Under the pieces are notes generated by a model. That model searched no databases. It worked only from the letters and a program-made list of their open reading frames with translations, and was not told where the DNA came from. 64,000 bases of DNA, taken from positions 81,467-145,466 of IMG/VR virus record IMGVR_UViG_3300035190_001334, one strand, 5' to 3'. Source of the DNA: a virus. How positions within the stretch are numbered: the first letter of the stretch is position 1; the number at the start of each line of letters is the position of its first letter. Of this stretch, positions 9,028 to 18,814 are shown piece by piece. Both the position numbers and the translations under genes were made by a program.

Positions 9028-10865
9028 GAGAATATCTGATTACCAATACTGTGGTGAAAGTAATTGAACGACTGCGAGTGAACTACATCTTCAAGACCAC
9101 CCAAGCGCCCAAACCTCATAGCTGGAGGCTGATAAACTGCATCTGTATAGCGACCTTTACCTACCGTCAATCGAACTGAATCAAGTCGCCCAATCATACT
9201 TATAGTTGCCGAAGAGATAGCTAAATTAGTAACTCCAGAATCAATCATAAGCCCTGTTTTTTCTGTCAGCAATTGACCATCACAATGCACCTTGATGCTC
9301 GTCCCAACTCGCGTGACAGAAAAGAATATGTAGCGGCTGTTCTGGTATCTAAAAAGTCGGTTGGCGTTATCAAATGTGTAGGTGTTAGCGCCAATAACCA
9401 GAGTGAACGTGAGGTTTTGTGTACTGGTTGTTAATTGACCTGTATAACTAATCTTAAAGTTGGTTGAGTCAAAATATTTGTGTGTGACTGACGTAGTTGA
9501 TTCGTAAAATGCTGTGTTTTGGTATTGCAGATAAAATTCAAATGTGAAGTCGCCTGTGACATTGATAGTGGCAGCAGGGGTGATGGTAATGGTGTCGATG
9601 CTGTTATCGAACTCTGCAATTTGGTTAGGGATGCCGAAGGTCGTGATGTCAGTATCTTGTTGCGTTACCCCTAATATTGCAACTGGAACTGATAAGCTAC
9701 TCTTGTCCTCATACCAAAGCTTGCTGCGCCATGATTGCGCCTCAAAGTCTAGCAGTAGTTTGACGTACTTGAAATAGTCGTCGTATAGTTTAGGAGCCGC
9801 CAGTAGTTGTGCTTGGTTATCTACGATGTCATATCGCCATGCAGGTATTCCGCCTTGCCCCAGCGCAGCTATATTAAGTGCAGTTGCTGTGACGTAAGTG
9901 GTAATTGTTCCCCCGACGTTCTGAACCAGTACTGTGATGATGTCAGTTTTGCCATTGCCTGATAGCTTAATCGCTCTACCATCTTCGTACTTGACGTTAG
10001 TTAGACCGCCAATGAGAATTTGACCAGTGTTTTGCCGTATCTCAATCAACATCACGGCTGCTTGATTACTCGCTGGCGCGATTTGTGGCAACAAGATACA
10101 CTGTGATTGAGTTTCTACGGCTACACCCGTTACAATCCAATAATCCGCAGTAGCATAAGGCAGATTAATAGTGGGAGCATTACCCACCACTGTACCAATA
10201 TTAGTAAAAGAATTATAAAGATAATTGCCATTGGCGTTGAGGTTTGCACCCAATGTCGGATTAGGGTCACGAACAATTTGCAGGTCTTGATTGCTCCAGA
10301 CAGTCCCGCCAACATCAAGTGAAAGTATTTGGAATCGGTGTGGGTCGTCTACTAATCCTGTAGTTGGAGTTATCTCAACGTCATCAAGTTCATTTACTAA
10401 GTTGATTCTATTGCGAGGCTTCCATCTTGCTGCGGTTGCGTCCCAATACAGTACTTGATTGTTTTCCAGTGTGCTTAAATCTACGTCTGTAAGCTGTGAT
10501 AATGCATAATCTGGACTTGCATTCACATAGGCTTCACGAAGCGCGTCATAGCGCAAATACTGTCCATTTGTGGGACTGTTTATTTCTACATCACTAAGTC
10601 TAGTGAGACTGCCAATCTGCGACGCTGCTGTAAAACCGTTGCCTTGCTTGACTAGGAAATCGCCTTCACGCGCATTAGTTATATTGACATCTTGAAGCTC
10701 CGTAAACTTCTGAACCCCCTTGCCAATCTCCAGTACTTTGCCAGTGAAGTCCTTCGTATAAAGAACTGCTTGCTCATCTTTAATTGCCAAGACAAGTTCA
10801 CCAACAGCAATTTCGTGTGGTGCTGGTAGTGAGTCATTGTTGAGAGTATGCTTAAGTATTGACAC
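9024..10865 (-). CDS. Tail fibre protein with LxxLxDV repeats and C-terminal LamG-like domain
   Basis: Four L(T/S/N)xLxDVxI...(Q/Y)xLxWD-type repeats, DPNPTLGANLNANG, GDFTFEFY. Confidence 0.7.
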   Translation of the reverse strand: MSILKHTLNNDSLPAPHEIAVGELVLAIKDEQAVLYTKDFTGKVLEIGKGVQKFTELQDVNITNAREGDFLVKQGNGFTAASQIGSLTRLSDVEINSPTNGQYLRYDALREAYVNASPDYALSQLTDVDLSTLENNQVLYWDATAARWKPRNRINLVNELDDVEITPTTGLVDDPHRFQILSLDVGGTVWSNQDLQIVRDPNPTLGANLNANGNYLYNSFTNIGTVVGNAPTINLPYATADYWIVTGVAVETQSQCILLPQIAPASNQAAVMLIEIRQNTGQILIGGLTNVKYEDGRAIKLSGNGKTDIITVLVQNVGGTITTYVTATALNIAALGQGGIPAWRYDIVDNQAQLLAAPKLYDDYFKYVKLLLDFEAQSWRSKLWYEDKSSLSVPVAILGVTQQDTDITTFGIPNQIAEFDNSIDTITITPAATINVTGDFTFEFYLQYQNTAFYESTTSVTHKYFDSTNFKISYTGQLTTSTQNLTFTLVIGANTYTFDNANRLFRYQNSRYIFFSVTRVGTSIKVHCDGQLLTEKTGLMIDSGVTNLAISSATISMIGRLDSVRLTVGKGRYTDAVYQPPAMRFGRLGGLEDVVHSQSFNYFHHSIGNQIFS

Positions 10866-11229
10866 AAGCTGGTGTTAATTGGTTATCTAGGCGTTCAAGA
10901 TATTCAAGGCTGGTTAGGTCATGTTCAATAAGGCTAAGTATCCTGATGATTCCATAGAGGTCGCCTATGTCTGCTAATTTATTGAGGTTATACTTCTTCC
11001 AGTCGTTTGCAATTTTATAAAGTAGGTCAAAATCGTTTTGGTACAAGAACTCACCAGCCAGATACAGCACCTGAGACAGAAAATACAACTGGCGTTGTTG
11101 AGTACTTAAATCTAGAGCCACTACAAGGTCGCGCCAATGAAGCATAAACATTTTGACCTTAGCCATTGGGAAGGATAGCGAGGCGCTGTATACTATTTTG
11201 TCTGTGATGTAGTCTTTGGGGTTGGTCAT
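10852..11229 (-). CDS. Hypothetical protein (start reassigned to MTNPKDY)
   Basis: ATG 11 nt after the TerL stop avoids a long overlap. Confidence 0.6.
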   Translation of the reverse strand: MTNPKDYITDKIVYSASLSFPMAKVKMFMLHWRDLVVALDLSTQQRQLYFLSQVLYLAGEFLYQNDFDLLYKIANDWKKYNLNKLADIGDLYGIIRILSLIEHDLTSLEYLERLDNQLTPACVNT

Positions 11230-11239
11230 GCGGTTAGGT

Positions 11240-12907
11240 CTAGAATTGAATACTATTAATATCTTCTGTGCTAGGTACGCTATCAGTGAAAATAAAGAAG
11301 TCATTGGATTCATTATAACTTGAGTCGTGTTTTGCCCAATACTCGTCTTCAGTAAGTTTGTGGTCGCTGTCGCCAAATAGCATGATGGTACTGTTGCTGG
11401 TTTTTTGGCTTAGGTAGCCGATTGCATAACTTACATCGTCTACCCACTCGTTAGTTGAAAATAGCGGGAATCCAACCAACTCATTAATAGCGTGGTCTGG
11501 GTCGTATGTCTCGTCAAGAGTGTAGTCGGTTGAATGAGGTTTGTAGAAATACAGTTGCCCATTTTTAATGAAAGGTACAGCAGCACCAAATCGCTTTTCT
11601 TTGTCTGCCTGTGTCTTGCCGCCCCACACGCTAGGTCTGAAAGGTACAATGTTAGGGAACTCACTAGCAAGTAACCGCATCACTGCTTCGCCATTAGCTT
11701 TTGCCTCAACACCAATTTCAGCTTCGGGATATTTCTTGGCTAGTTTTTTGATAGCTGCCATTTGCCCTACGATGTCCAGTTTAGCGCGAATACCATCGAT
11801 GACATAGTAGCTATCTTCTTTTCTGCCTACCACTGCGCCGAGATTCCAGCTTGTAGACGCTTCTGATGCCGCAAAGGTCAAATCCCACATGATAAGCATC
11901 GAGTCCATCTTAGTTGGCTTCTGTGACACAATGCGAATATCTTTCTCGTCGAGCGTGATACCCTTACCACCACCTGAAGGGTCTTGTTGGAAGAGCGTCT
12001 TGCGTCTGATTGGATTGATTGTCTCAAGGTAACTGAGAGGTAAGCGCTTCTTGTCCATAAGCTCACCTTCAGTCTTGCGTGGGTCATTCCACTTGGCTCC
12101 GAGGGGCGAGAAGTAAGTCTTACGAGCAGCAAACTCAGCAGGTATACAAAGCTCAAAGAAACCGTCTTCACCTTTGTATTTCTCAAAGAGGTGAGCAATT
12201 AAGTCATCATCACCAAGACGCTGACAAATTGCCATCTTGACATCGGTATTAACATCATTGCTACGTCCGAATAGCTGGTCAGTTACCCAGTTATTGCGCT
12301 CACGACGAATACGCTCGTTTTGATACATTGTTTCATCGATAATGTCATCGATGATGAATACGGTTCCCCCATTACCGATAATTCCAGTGTCAGGTGAAGA
12401 TATATTGATGTCACCACTTGCGGTATTACTAATCTTTTTCTTAGTTGATTGGTCTTCCGATAACTTAAAGGCAAAGTTTGGGCTTTCTAGTTTGCAATAT
12501 CTATCTCCATACCGAGGGTTGTTAATGATGTTTCGACTTTTAATTAAGTTTGTAGTGCAAAGGTCTAACTTGTGAGAAGATAGGAAAAAACGTTCTTCTG
12601 GTGTTGTAATCCATCTGAAGGCTGGCGTACAAATGGATGCTACACTGGTTTTCGAGCTACGGGGGCTAACAGTAATCGCAAGCTTTCTTATTTGCCTATT
12701 TAATGCCGCTTCAATATGTTCGGCAATAATATCAATGTGCCAATTACTCACTAGTGGCGTACCTTCATACAAATCCCAAGCCCAAGGTACAAAGTGGCGC
12801 AACTTCTTACTCGCTTTTTCTGCCAACACATCATCGAGCGCGTCACTCATCTTGCGGAGTTCAGCTTCGCTCATGTCATTGGATTGTTTCTGTGTGGTTC
12901 TTGCCAT
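11240..12907 (-). CDS. terL: Terminase large subunit
   Basis: Walker A-like ITVSPRSSKTS, Walker B FIIDD, QRL..DD, nuclease WDLTF / EAKANG / EWVDD. Confidence 0.92.
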   Translation of the reverse strand: MARTTQKQSNDMSEAELRKMSDALDDVLAEKASKKLRHFVPWAWDLYEGTPLVSNWHIDIIAEHIEAALNRQIRKLAITVSPRSSKTSVASICTPAFRWITTPEERFFLSSHKLDLCTTNLIKSRNIINNPRYGDRYCKLESPNFAFKLSEDQSTKKKISNTASGDINISSPDTGIIGNGGTVFIIDDIIDETMYQNERIRRERNNWVTDQLFGRSNDVNTDVKMAICQRLGDDDLIAHLFEKYKGEDGFFELCIPAEFAARKTYFSPLGAKWNDPRKTEGELMDKKRLPLSYLETINPIRRKTLFQQDPSGGGKGITLDEKDIRIVSQKPTKMDSMLIMWDLTFAASEASTSWNLGAVVGRKEDSYYVIDGIRAKLDIVGQMAAIKKLAKKYPEAEIGVEAKANGEAVMRLLASEFPNIVPFRPSVWGGKTQADKEKRFGAAVPFIKNGQLYFYKPHSTDYTLDETYDPDHAINELVGFPLFSTNEWVDDVSYAIGYLSQKTSNSTIMLFGDSDHKLTEDEYWAKHDSSYNESNDFFIFTDSVPSTEDINSIQF

Positions 12908-13099
12908 AGAGTTATATGTTGTGTTATATTGGTCAAGTATATCATTAGGTTGAATTGGCTATGACCCCAGACTATTTCCAGCAAAAAACTGCATACAACA
13001 ATAAGAAAGCTAATAATGTTGTTATATCTAAAGGTTTCCAAGATTTTATAGATAGTTTACCTAAAACCTATGAACCAAAAGCCAGAATAGTAAAACAAG

Positions 13100-13429
13100 A
13101 TGGCTCGATTCAAAGTTCAGATTAAAAACAGTATCCTCAAGCAGCCTGTCAAGCGCTACATTCCGCCTGATACTATTGGTGTGCAGTTCTTGATTGACTT
13201 TGCTAAATGTGATGCTAAAAATTCGCGTACTATCGAGTACTTGAAGGTTATCATGCCGTCAGAAAAGAATGTTGTAGCAGCTAATGCAGTGACGGTTTGG
13301 ATAGTCGCGCACAAAGAACTGGACTTGAAGCTATATAGCCCTAAGCAGGGCGTGGTAGAGTACATTGATAGCAACCTCACTCCGTTCGGGGTGCAGAAAA
13401 AAGAGATTAGGAGAAGTAATGACAAATAA
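13100..13429 (+). CDS. Hypothetical protein
   Basis: 109-aa ORF overlapping the start of the next gene. Confidence 0.6.
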   Translation: MARFKVQIKNSILKQPVKRYIPPDTIGVQFLIDFAKCDAKNSRTIEYLKVIMPSEKNVVAANAVTVWIVAHKELDLKLYSPKQGVVEYIDSNLTPFGVQKKEIRRSNDK

Positions 13430-14147
13430 CATAGAACAAAAGCTGCAATCACTACGCAACTTAAATAGTGAACAGCCCGAAATGCAAAAGATAACAGTAC
13501 ATAAACTCAGCAAAACAAGTTGGGTAAATTGGACTGATATTAAACGCGCATATATTCTTGGCAAGCGTATCGAGGAGTTCGACGAGGAGACTGGACACAC
13601 GCGGATTTGGTCTGAGAGCTACAATCTGCAAGAACTTGCTGAGGAGTTTGGTGTTGGAGTTAGTCAGCTAACCAAGAAGTCGGCTACCGAAGGTTGGGGC
13701 GGATTGCGCGATAGTTACTTGGCGCGAGTACAGGAAGAGGCGCTAGGCACTGAGCTTGGTTATTTCACCAACGAGGAGAGCGAGACTGAGGCAAACAGCT
13801 TGGCTATCATTCGTAAGGGCATGAAACTGATTAACTTAGGGCTTGAGCAAGAGTATGGCGACTTACTTGAGGCTGTGGACGCTGATGGTGATGTGGACTT
13901 GCGCGAGTATAGTAAGGTCAACTTGAAGGCGCTGACTGAAGGAATCAAGGGGCTGAAGATGCTGCATGAGATGCATGGTAAGGTGATGGAGCAAGCACCT
14001 AAGACTAACCAAGAGCTACTGGAGCAACTGAATCGTAGCAAGACGGTTGAGAGGCTGAAGAATCCTAAAGAGCGCGAGAAATTGCAAAAGGAGCTACAAA
14101 AGAAATTGCAACTCCTTAGTCAGATAGAGGAAGATGATGAAGATTAG
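13419..14147 (+). CDS. Terminase small subunit candidate
   Basis: HTH YNLQELAEEFGVGVSQLTKKSATEGW followed by coiled coils; AGGAG before ATG 13419; close to terL. Confidence 0.55.
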   Translation: MTNNIEQKLQSLRNLNSEQPEMQKITVHKLSKTSWVNWTDIKRAYILGKRIEEFDEETGHTRIWSESYNLQELAEEFGVGVSQLTKKSATEGWGGLRDSYLARVQEEALGTELGYFTNEESETEANSLAIIRKGMKLINLGLEQEYGDLLEAVDADGDVDLREYSKVNLKALTEGIKGLKMLHEMHGKVMEQAPKTNQELLEQLNRSKTVERLKNPKEREKLQKELQKKLQLLSQIEEDDED

Positions 14148-15085
14148 TCGTCGATGTTGTTACGGCGATAGTACTTAGCATTTGCATAGGCATCTTTTAA
14201 CCCTTCTTTGGCTACGCCTCCTGTAAAACCAAGTCCACCACCGACAATTCCGCCAACACCCGCATTGCCGACTAATTTACCTAATCTCCCCAAGCCTGTA
14301 GTTCTAGCTTTTTCTTCTTCTGACTCTCCAACACCCGAACCTTTAACTAGTCCAGCAGCAGCCCCAATACCAGCACCAATTTGTACTCCTCTGTTCTGTG
14401 CAAAGGCTTGACCTACTCCCTTGGCTGCACTGCCAGCATCTTGAACGTTGTGCCAATAAGGACGGGCTTTATCTACTATTGCAGGTAAGGGATTTGTGAA
14501 ACCAAAATTAGCGAAATGTTGCATCTGTGTGTGTTGTGTAAAATTTATTCTGCTATTATAGCCTGTGTTAAATGCTTGGGGCATATAGTACGACTGCATC
14601 ATTTTTTTGTCGTAGTCACTTTTTATATTTTTGATTGCATCGTTATCAATAAGCTGCACCTTTTTACGTTTTGGGCTTAGCCGAACTATATTGCCCTCAT
14701 GTAAGTCGGTGTGACCTAGACCTTTACTGAGCAGCTTATTTTGTATTCTACCAACTTGAGAACCTAATTTGTATTGCTCTTTAGCACTAACCCCTTCTAG
14801 TTGTTCAGGTAGAGATTTGCCAGCATAGTCTTGTGTGTAGGTTTGTAGATTTCCACGTTCGCGGTAATTCTGTACTGCGGGGACTACACCGAGCTTAGAT
14901 GCTGTATCGGCATTGGCATATTCTTTTCTGCTGCTTCGGATGTCTGCTTGTCGGTACTCTGGTACGTCAGAGCCTATGTTGTCGATGCGTACTTTGTTAG
15001 TTTTAGGGAAATGTAGTACACGCTTCTCTGGTGTGAGAAGGAGGGCTTTGGCGTTGCGGATACGGGCAAAGTCGGTTATGTTCAT
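14144..15085 (-). CDS. Protein-kinase-like (RIO/APH-type) domain fused to a Gly-rich hydrophobic C-terminus
   Basis: HTDLHEGNIV catalytic loop and LIDND metal-binding motif; GAGIGAAAG / GVGGIVGGGLG glycine zippers. Confidence 0.65.
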   Translation of the reverse strand: MNITDFARIRNAKALLLTPEKRVLHFPKTNKVRIDNIGSDVPEYRQADIRSSRKEYANADTASKLGVVPAVQNYRERGNLQTYTQDYAGKSLPEQLEGVSAKEQYKLGSQVGRIQNKLLSKGLGHTDLHEGNIVRLSPKRKKVQLIDNDAIKNIKSDYDKKMMQSYYMPQAFNTGYNSRINFTQHTQMQHFANFGFTNPLPAIVDKARPYWHNVQDAGSAAKGVGQAFAQNRGVQIGAGIGAAAGLVKGSGVGESEEEKARTTGLGRLGKLVGNAGVGGIVGGGLGFTGGVAKEGLKDAYANAKYYRRNNIDD

Positions 15086-15087
15086 GG

Positions 15088-15453
15088 TTAGAATACTTTA
15101 TAGAGGATATCGGGATTCAAAGACATTATTTTCCTTGACTCTGCACTGAGGGGGTTGCGGTCTGAAGTACAGAAATAAAGCTTAGTACGCTCTTCGTTAT
15201 AATGCATAGCGTAGTGCCTGAGTTGAGAAATTGCAGACTTTAAGCTACTAGAATCGTTCCTTCTCTTACATTCGATAATGTGCCAACAAATACCACCAGA
15301 GGGCAAGTATTCACGCACCAAGCAGTCTATACGTCCTGTGGGTACTTTTACCTCAGTCTGCACAACAAAACCGCTAGACCGCATAAAATTGGCAACTGCG
15401 TCTCTAGTATATTTCTCAAGTGGCAGATTACTTGTTTTACGCTTAGCAGCCAT
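15088..15453 (-). CDS. PD-(D/E)XK nuclease-family protein
   Basis: TEVKVPTGRIDCLV...IIECK...AISQLRHY. Confidence 0.75.
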   Translation of the reverse strand: MAAKRKTSNLPLEKYTRDAVANFMRSSGFVVQTEVKVPTGRIDCLVREYLPSGGICWHIIECKRRNDSSSLKSAISQLRHYAMHYNEERTKLYFCTSDRNPLSAESRKIMSLNPDILYKVF

Positions 15454-15668
15454 TAACTCTTGATACGCGAAATTAACTCAGCACTGACATTCTTTTTCTG
15501 CAACGCCTTTGGCATGAGAGGAGGTTTGGCTACTTGTTTCAGCATCTTCTTATCAGCTTTTTTGCCTGTTAGTCCCTTAAGGTCAGTTAGGGGAGGTGGG
15601 AAGATGTTGGGTAGTTTGGTGTCGGGCTTTTTGGTCGCTACGGGTGTAGTAGTGTCGTCAGGGTTCAT
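15453..15668 (-). CDS. Small basic hypothetical protein
   Basis: Start/stop overlaps with both neighbours. Confidence 0.55.
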   Translation of the reverse strand: MNPDDTTTPVATKKPDTKLPNIFPPPLTDLKGLTGKKADKKMLKQVAKPPLMPKALQKKNVSAELISRIKS

Positions 15669-15919
15669 TGTGGGTCGCCAATCTTAGTGTAGGTGTAGGT
15701 CGCTTCATTTACTTGTCGGTAACTTCCATCTGTATAGTATAGCGTGTAGACGTTGGGAACGCACTGGTTGAGGTTGTTGCATCCGCCAATTGTTTTTTGC
15801 TTGGCTGTGAGAGTGACGGGTGACGAAGAAGGTGACGGACTGGGCTTGTCATTGAGTTCGGGGCAACCAACTAGGAGTGGAACGAGGAGTAGAGCGAAAG
15901 GGAGGATTTTTTTGAGCAT
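15665..15919 (-). CDS. Lipoprotein
   Basis: Signal peptide with lipobox LLVGC, then Pro/Ser linker. Confidence 0.7.
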   Translation of the reverse strand: MLKKILPFALLLVPLLVGCPELNDKPSPSPSSSPVTLTAKQKTIGGCNNLNQCVPNVYTLYYTDGSYRQVNEATYTYTKIGDPQ

Positions 15920-15930
15920 GGTTAAGCAGC

Positions 15931-16419
15931 TTACGCAGTTACGCTGGTTGGTTTGTATAATTCGACAATTTTTGGCAGTAACAGAGCAAGTTTGTCTTTT
16001 GGGACATATTGAGACATTTCAACTAAGGCTTGAAAAAGTGTTACTATACTAGTTCTACACAGTTCCCCGACTTCTTGCAGATTATTCTCAGCACCTCTGG
16101 CATTGTCGATAAGGTCAAAGAAATCTAGTTCTTCGCGCCCTAAGTCTTCTGCAATCATATCAGCTTGGTAGGCAAGTAGTTTTTCGATTAAGCTGTCGTC
16201 AACTGAGAACCACTCGCCACGTACTTTGTTAAATTGAAAGATGTCGTGCAATGAGGCTTCTTCTTTCTTGCCGCCTTTGAATAGAGACAAAAGAGAAAGT
16301 TCTGATGAGTTGCCCATTTGAAGCTGCGAGAGTCGGGCGAAGGGGCTGTCACTGTAACCAATTTTGATGGTGTTAAGTTGTTTGCAGTGAATAATATACA
16401 CGTAAGATTGTCTTTTCAT
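15931..16419 (-). CDS. GIY-YIG (T5orf172/Mug113-like) nuclease-domain protein
   Basis: YVYII...IKIGYS..PFARLSQLQ...E..LH...RGEWF. Confidence 0.85.
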   Translation of the reverse strand: MKRQSYVYIIHCKQLNTIKIGYSDSPFARLSQLQMGNSSELSLLSLFKGGKKEEASLHDIFQFNKVRGEWFSVDDSLIEKLLAYQADMIAEDLGREELDFFDLIDNARGAENNLQEVGELCRTSIVTLFQALVEMSQYVPKDKLALLLPKIVELYKPTSVTA

Positions 16420-17096
16420 GGTTTTGTGTAGTAAATGGCTCTTGAGGTGTCTTTGTGTTCTGTGTAGCCTAAATCATCCATAATAGATTTAAGCAGCTTC
16501 TGGGTGCTGTCTGGGTAGCCTTCACAAGCTTTCTTGATATCTTTAAGGAAGACGCGGCTACGTTTTTTTGTTGTGTAGGTCGAGAAATAGTCCTCAAGAT
16601 ACTCTTCGACGAAATTAACAAGGATATTGTCTTGTCTACGCAAAATTGCAAAGTAACGCTTAATACCAGTTAACAGTACTCCGTAAGGTATATGCCCAGA
16701 GAAGTAGTTTTGTAAATCTATCGATAAGAATGCTATACAGTCGTCTCCATCTTTTATTGGGGAGTTTTTATAGAGTAGTTGTTTATTTTCTGCATCATAG
16801 TTAAACTTGTCTAGTAAATAAGGCGCAGTCACAAAAAACTTAGCTAACTTGGTTTCTGTTACTCTAGTATCTTTAGCACTCTCGATTAACTCACGTAATT
16901 GTGCGTTAGTTTGTTCCTGATTTTTCTTTAAGGTGTCGAAGTTTTTATCGGTTTGTACAAGATAACCTAAAACCACACCTAGAACGTTTTTATAGTTGCT
17001 GTCGTTTGCAGTCTCTATAATCGCGTCTATGTCTATGGGTCTGGTAGCAAGCGATGTCTCAATTGTATCAGCTTCTATGGGGTTTGCATACTTCAT
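16416..17096 (-). CDS. Hypothetical DNA-binding protein, paralog of 36689-37381
   Basis: Shared ETKLA(K/R)FF.TAP, GIKRYFAI and M.DLGY....D.SR segments. Confidence 0.75.
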   Translation of the reverse strand: MKYANPIEADTIETSLATRPIDIDAIIETANDSNYKNVLGVVLGYLVQTDKNFDTLKKNQEQTNAQLRELIESAKDTRVTETKLAKFFVTAPYLLDKFNYDAENKQLLYKNSPIKDGDDCIAFLSIDLQNYFSGHIPYGVLLTGIKRYFAILRRQDNILVNFVEEYLEDYFSTYTTKKRSRVFLKDIKKACEGYPDSTQKLLKSIMDDLGYTEHKDTSRAIYYTKP

Positions 17097-18128
17097 ATCT
17101 GTCTTTATTACTATTCAATAAGTATAGCATAACCAATAGCACTAGAAAAACTATGCTGCCTTTTTCTGTTTGAAAACTATTGGTAGTCGAGAAAAAACTA
17201 GTGGTATATCGAGTGTTTGCTGCCTATACTTTCAAATTTGCATATTTATTGAAGTGCCTCAAACGTCGAGGAATCGTTGAATAACCATTGTTTTTGGTGT
17301 GCCTTATATTACTACTTCTTCTTCTTCTGGGGGCAACATCTTGAATTAGCCATGCGGCGATGAGCTAGTACTAACTTCGATATTCATAGTATTATCTAGC
17401 TGTTTTATAGTACTTTCTTTGGTAAATTCACGTTATGTATGCTTTCTGAGATTTGGCGTAACAGAGGTGTGAGTATGAAAAATGAGAGGGATATGGGTAT
17501 ATTGATGAGTGTGAATATTGATGATAGTCGATATATCGAGGGGGTTGAAGCAAAATGATAATCATTCTCACTCCCAAAAATCTCCCATATATGAGCTACA
17601 CACGATACAATCCCATTCCATCCCTCACACAAATCCCACATTCTATCTCTTAACCCCTATCCTTCCCTAAGACAAATATCACATCTCTCACATAAATATC
17701 ACTCTTTGCATTGTATAATCCGATACAGTACATTATACAACCTATATGCTATAATCGTTTGAGCGATTTTAATTAAGTCACTCATCCTTTTAGATTACTT
17801 TCACTTACAAGATTATTATATATGTTTCACTTATCTGATTATATAACGACAGCTACCATATGCAATTTGTTGCATAGTCCTAAAATCGATTCTGAGACTA
17901 GCAAAATGTCTAATGTGCAAATATACCTGAATGTATGTAAACAAGTCTTACAGGTCAATTTAGCGACAGTACAAAAAACCATAAGGAATAACTAACGTAG
18001 TGACGCGCACGATACTATATGCTATAACGAAAATTACACGACTTTACTTCGTTGTTTACATAACTTTACAATCGATAGTAGCTGAAACCCTTACCTAGAG
18101 CCAATCTCGAACCAATTTAAAAAAAGTG

Positions 18129-18157
18129 TTGACATTCTAAGCTAACTCCTGTAACTT
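18129..18157 (+). promoter_or_regulatory. Sigma70-type early promoter P1
   Basis: TTGACA-17nt-TAACTT with an A-tract UP element. Confidence 0.7.
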
Positions 18158-18227
18158 AGTTTACATGAGATACGAGATAAGCAAACGCAAGCAATCAAAC
18201 GCAAGCAGTAAGCCAATCGTCTCTCCC

Positions 18228-18246
18228 GTACCTTGAAAATTTCATA
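18228..18246 (+). promoter_or_regulatory. boxA-like antitermination motif, copy 1
   Basis: GTACCTTGAAAATTTCATA resembles cyanobacterial rrn boxA GAACCTTGAAAA. Confidence 0.45.
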
Positions 18247-18299
18247 TTTCATCTGACTCGACACAAACGAGTTCGCTAAAAACGAATTTTAAAAAAGTG

Positions 18300-18328
18300 T
18301 TGACAACCAAAAAGAAATATGCAAAGCT
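18300..18328 (+). promoter_or_regulatory. Sigma70-type early promoter P2
   Basis: Same AAAAAAGTGTTGACA -35/UP element as P1, 17-nt spacer, weaker -10 AAAGCT. Confidence 0.55.
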
Positions 18329-18387
18329 TTAAAGGTCAAAGCAACTAAAGCTTGTATCTGGGTTCTCCAGCGCTACAGATTTAGCCT

Positions 18388-18406
18388 GTACCATGAAAAC
18401 CGAATA
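18388..18406 (+). promoter_or_regulatory. boxA-like antitermination motif, copy 2
   Basis: GTACCATGAAAACCGAATA at a similar distance after P2. Confidence 0.4.
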
Positions 18407-18522
18407 ACTACACAAAACCCAGTTTTATTTTTAGGGTTATCTAATCGCAGTTATCCTGATAGCAAGGGATTGAACGTAAGGCGCTAGATAGGGTATAGCA
18501 AGCAACTGCTTAGTTATATCGC

Positions 18523-18770
18523 GTGATTCTGTCGTATGAGACACAACGTTATCTATAGAGCTTAACCTATAGAATCGTAAGAATAGTTAAGCCTTAGAAA
18601 GTTCGCAGTCACCTAAAAACTGCAAAATATCAATAAAGACAACGACATACTTAATTTTGTAAACGTAACAACTGCTTAAAGCTTGTGATTGTAAGATTAT
18701 CACTGACTGTTAAATTAAGACGGTTAAACGAATAAAACAAGTTAAGTTAGTCTAGTCCTAACTGTGCTGT
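18523..18770 (+). repeat. Structured repeat element A, copy 1
   Basis: Near-identical to 19217-19468 except for a central variable hairpin. Confidence 0.9.
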
Positions 18771-18814
18771 AATTCGCTTACGCTCATTTAAAATAACAAA
18801 GGAGATAAGACAAA

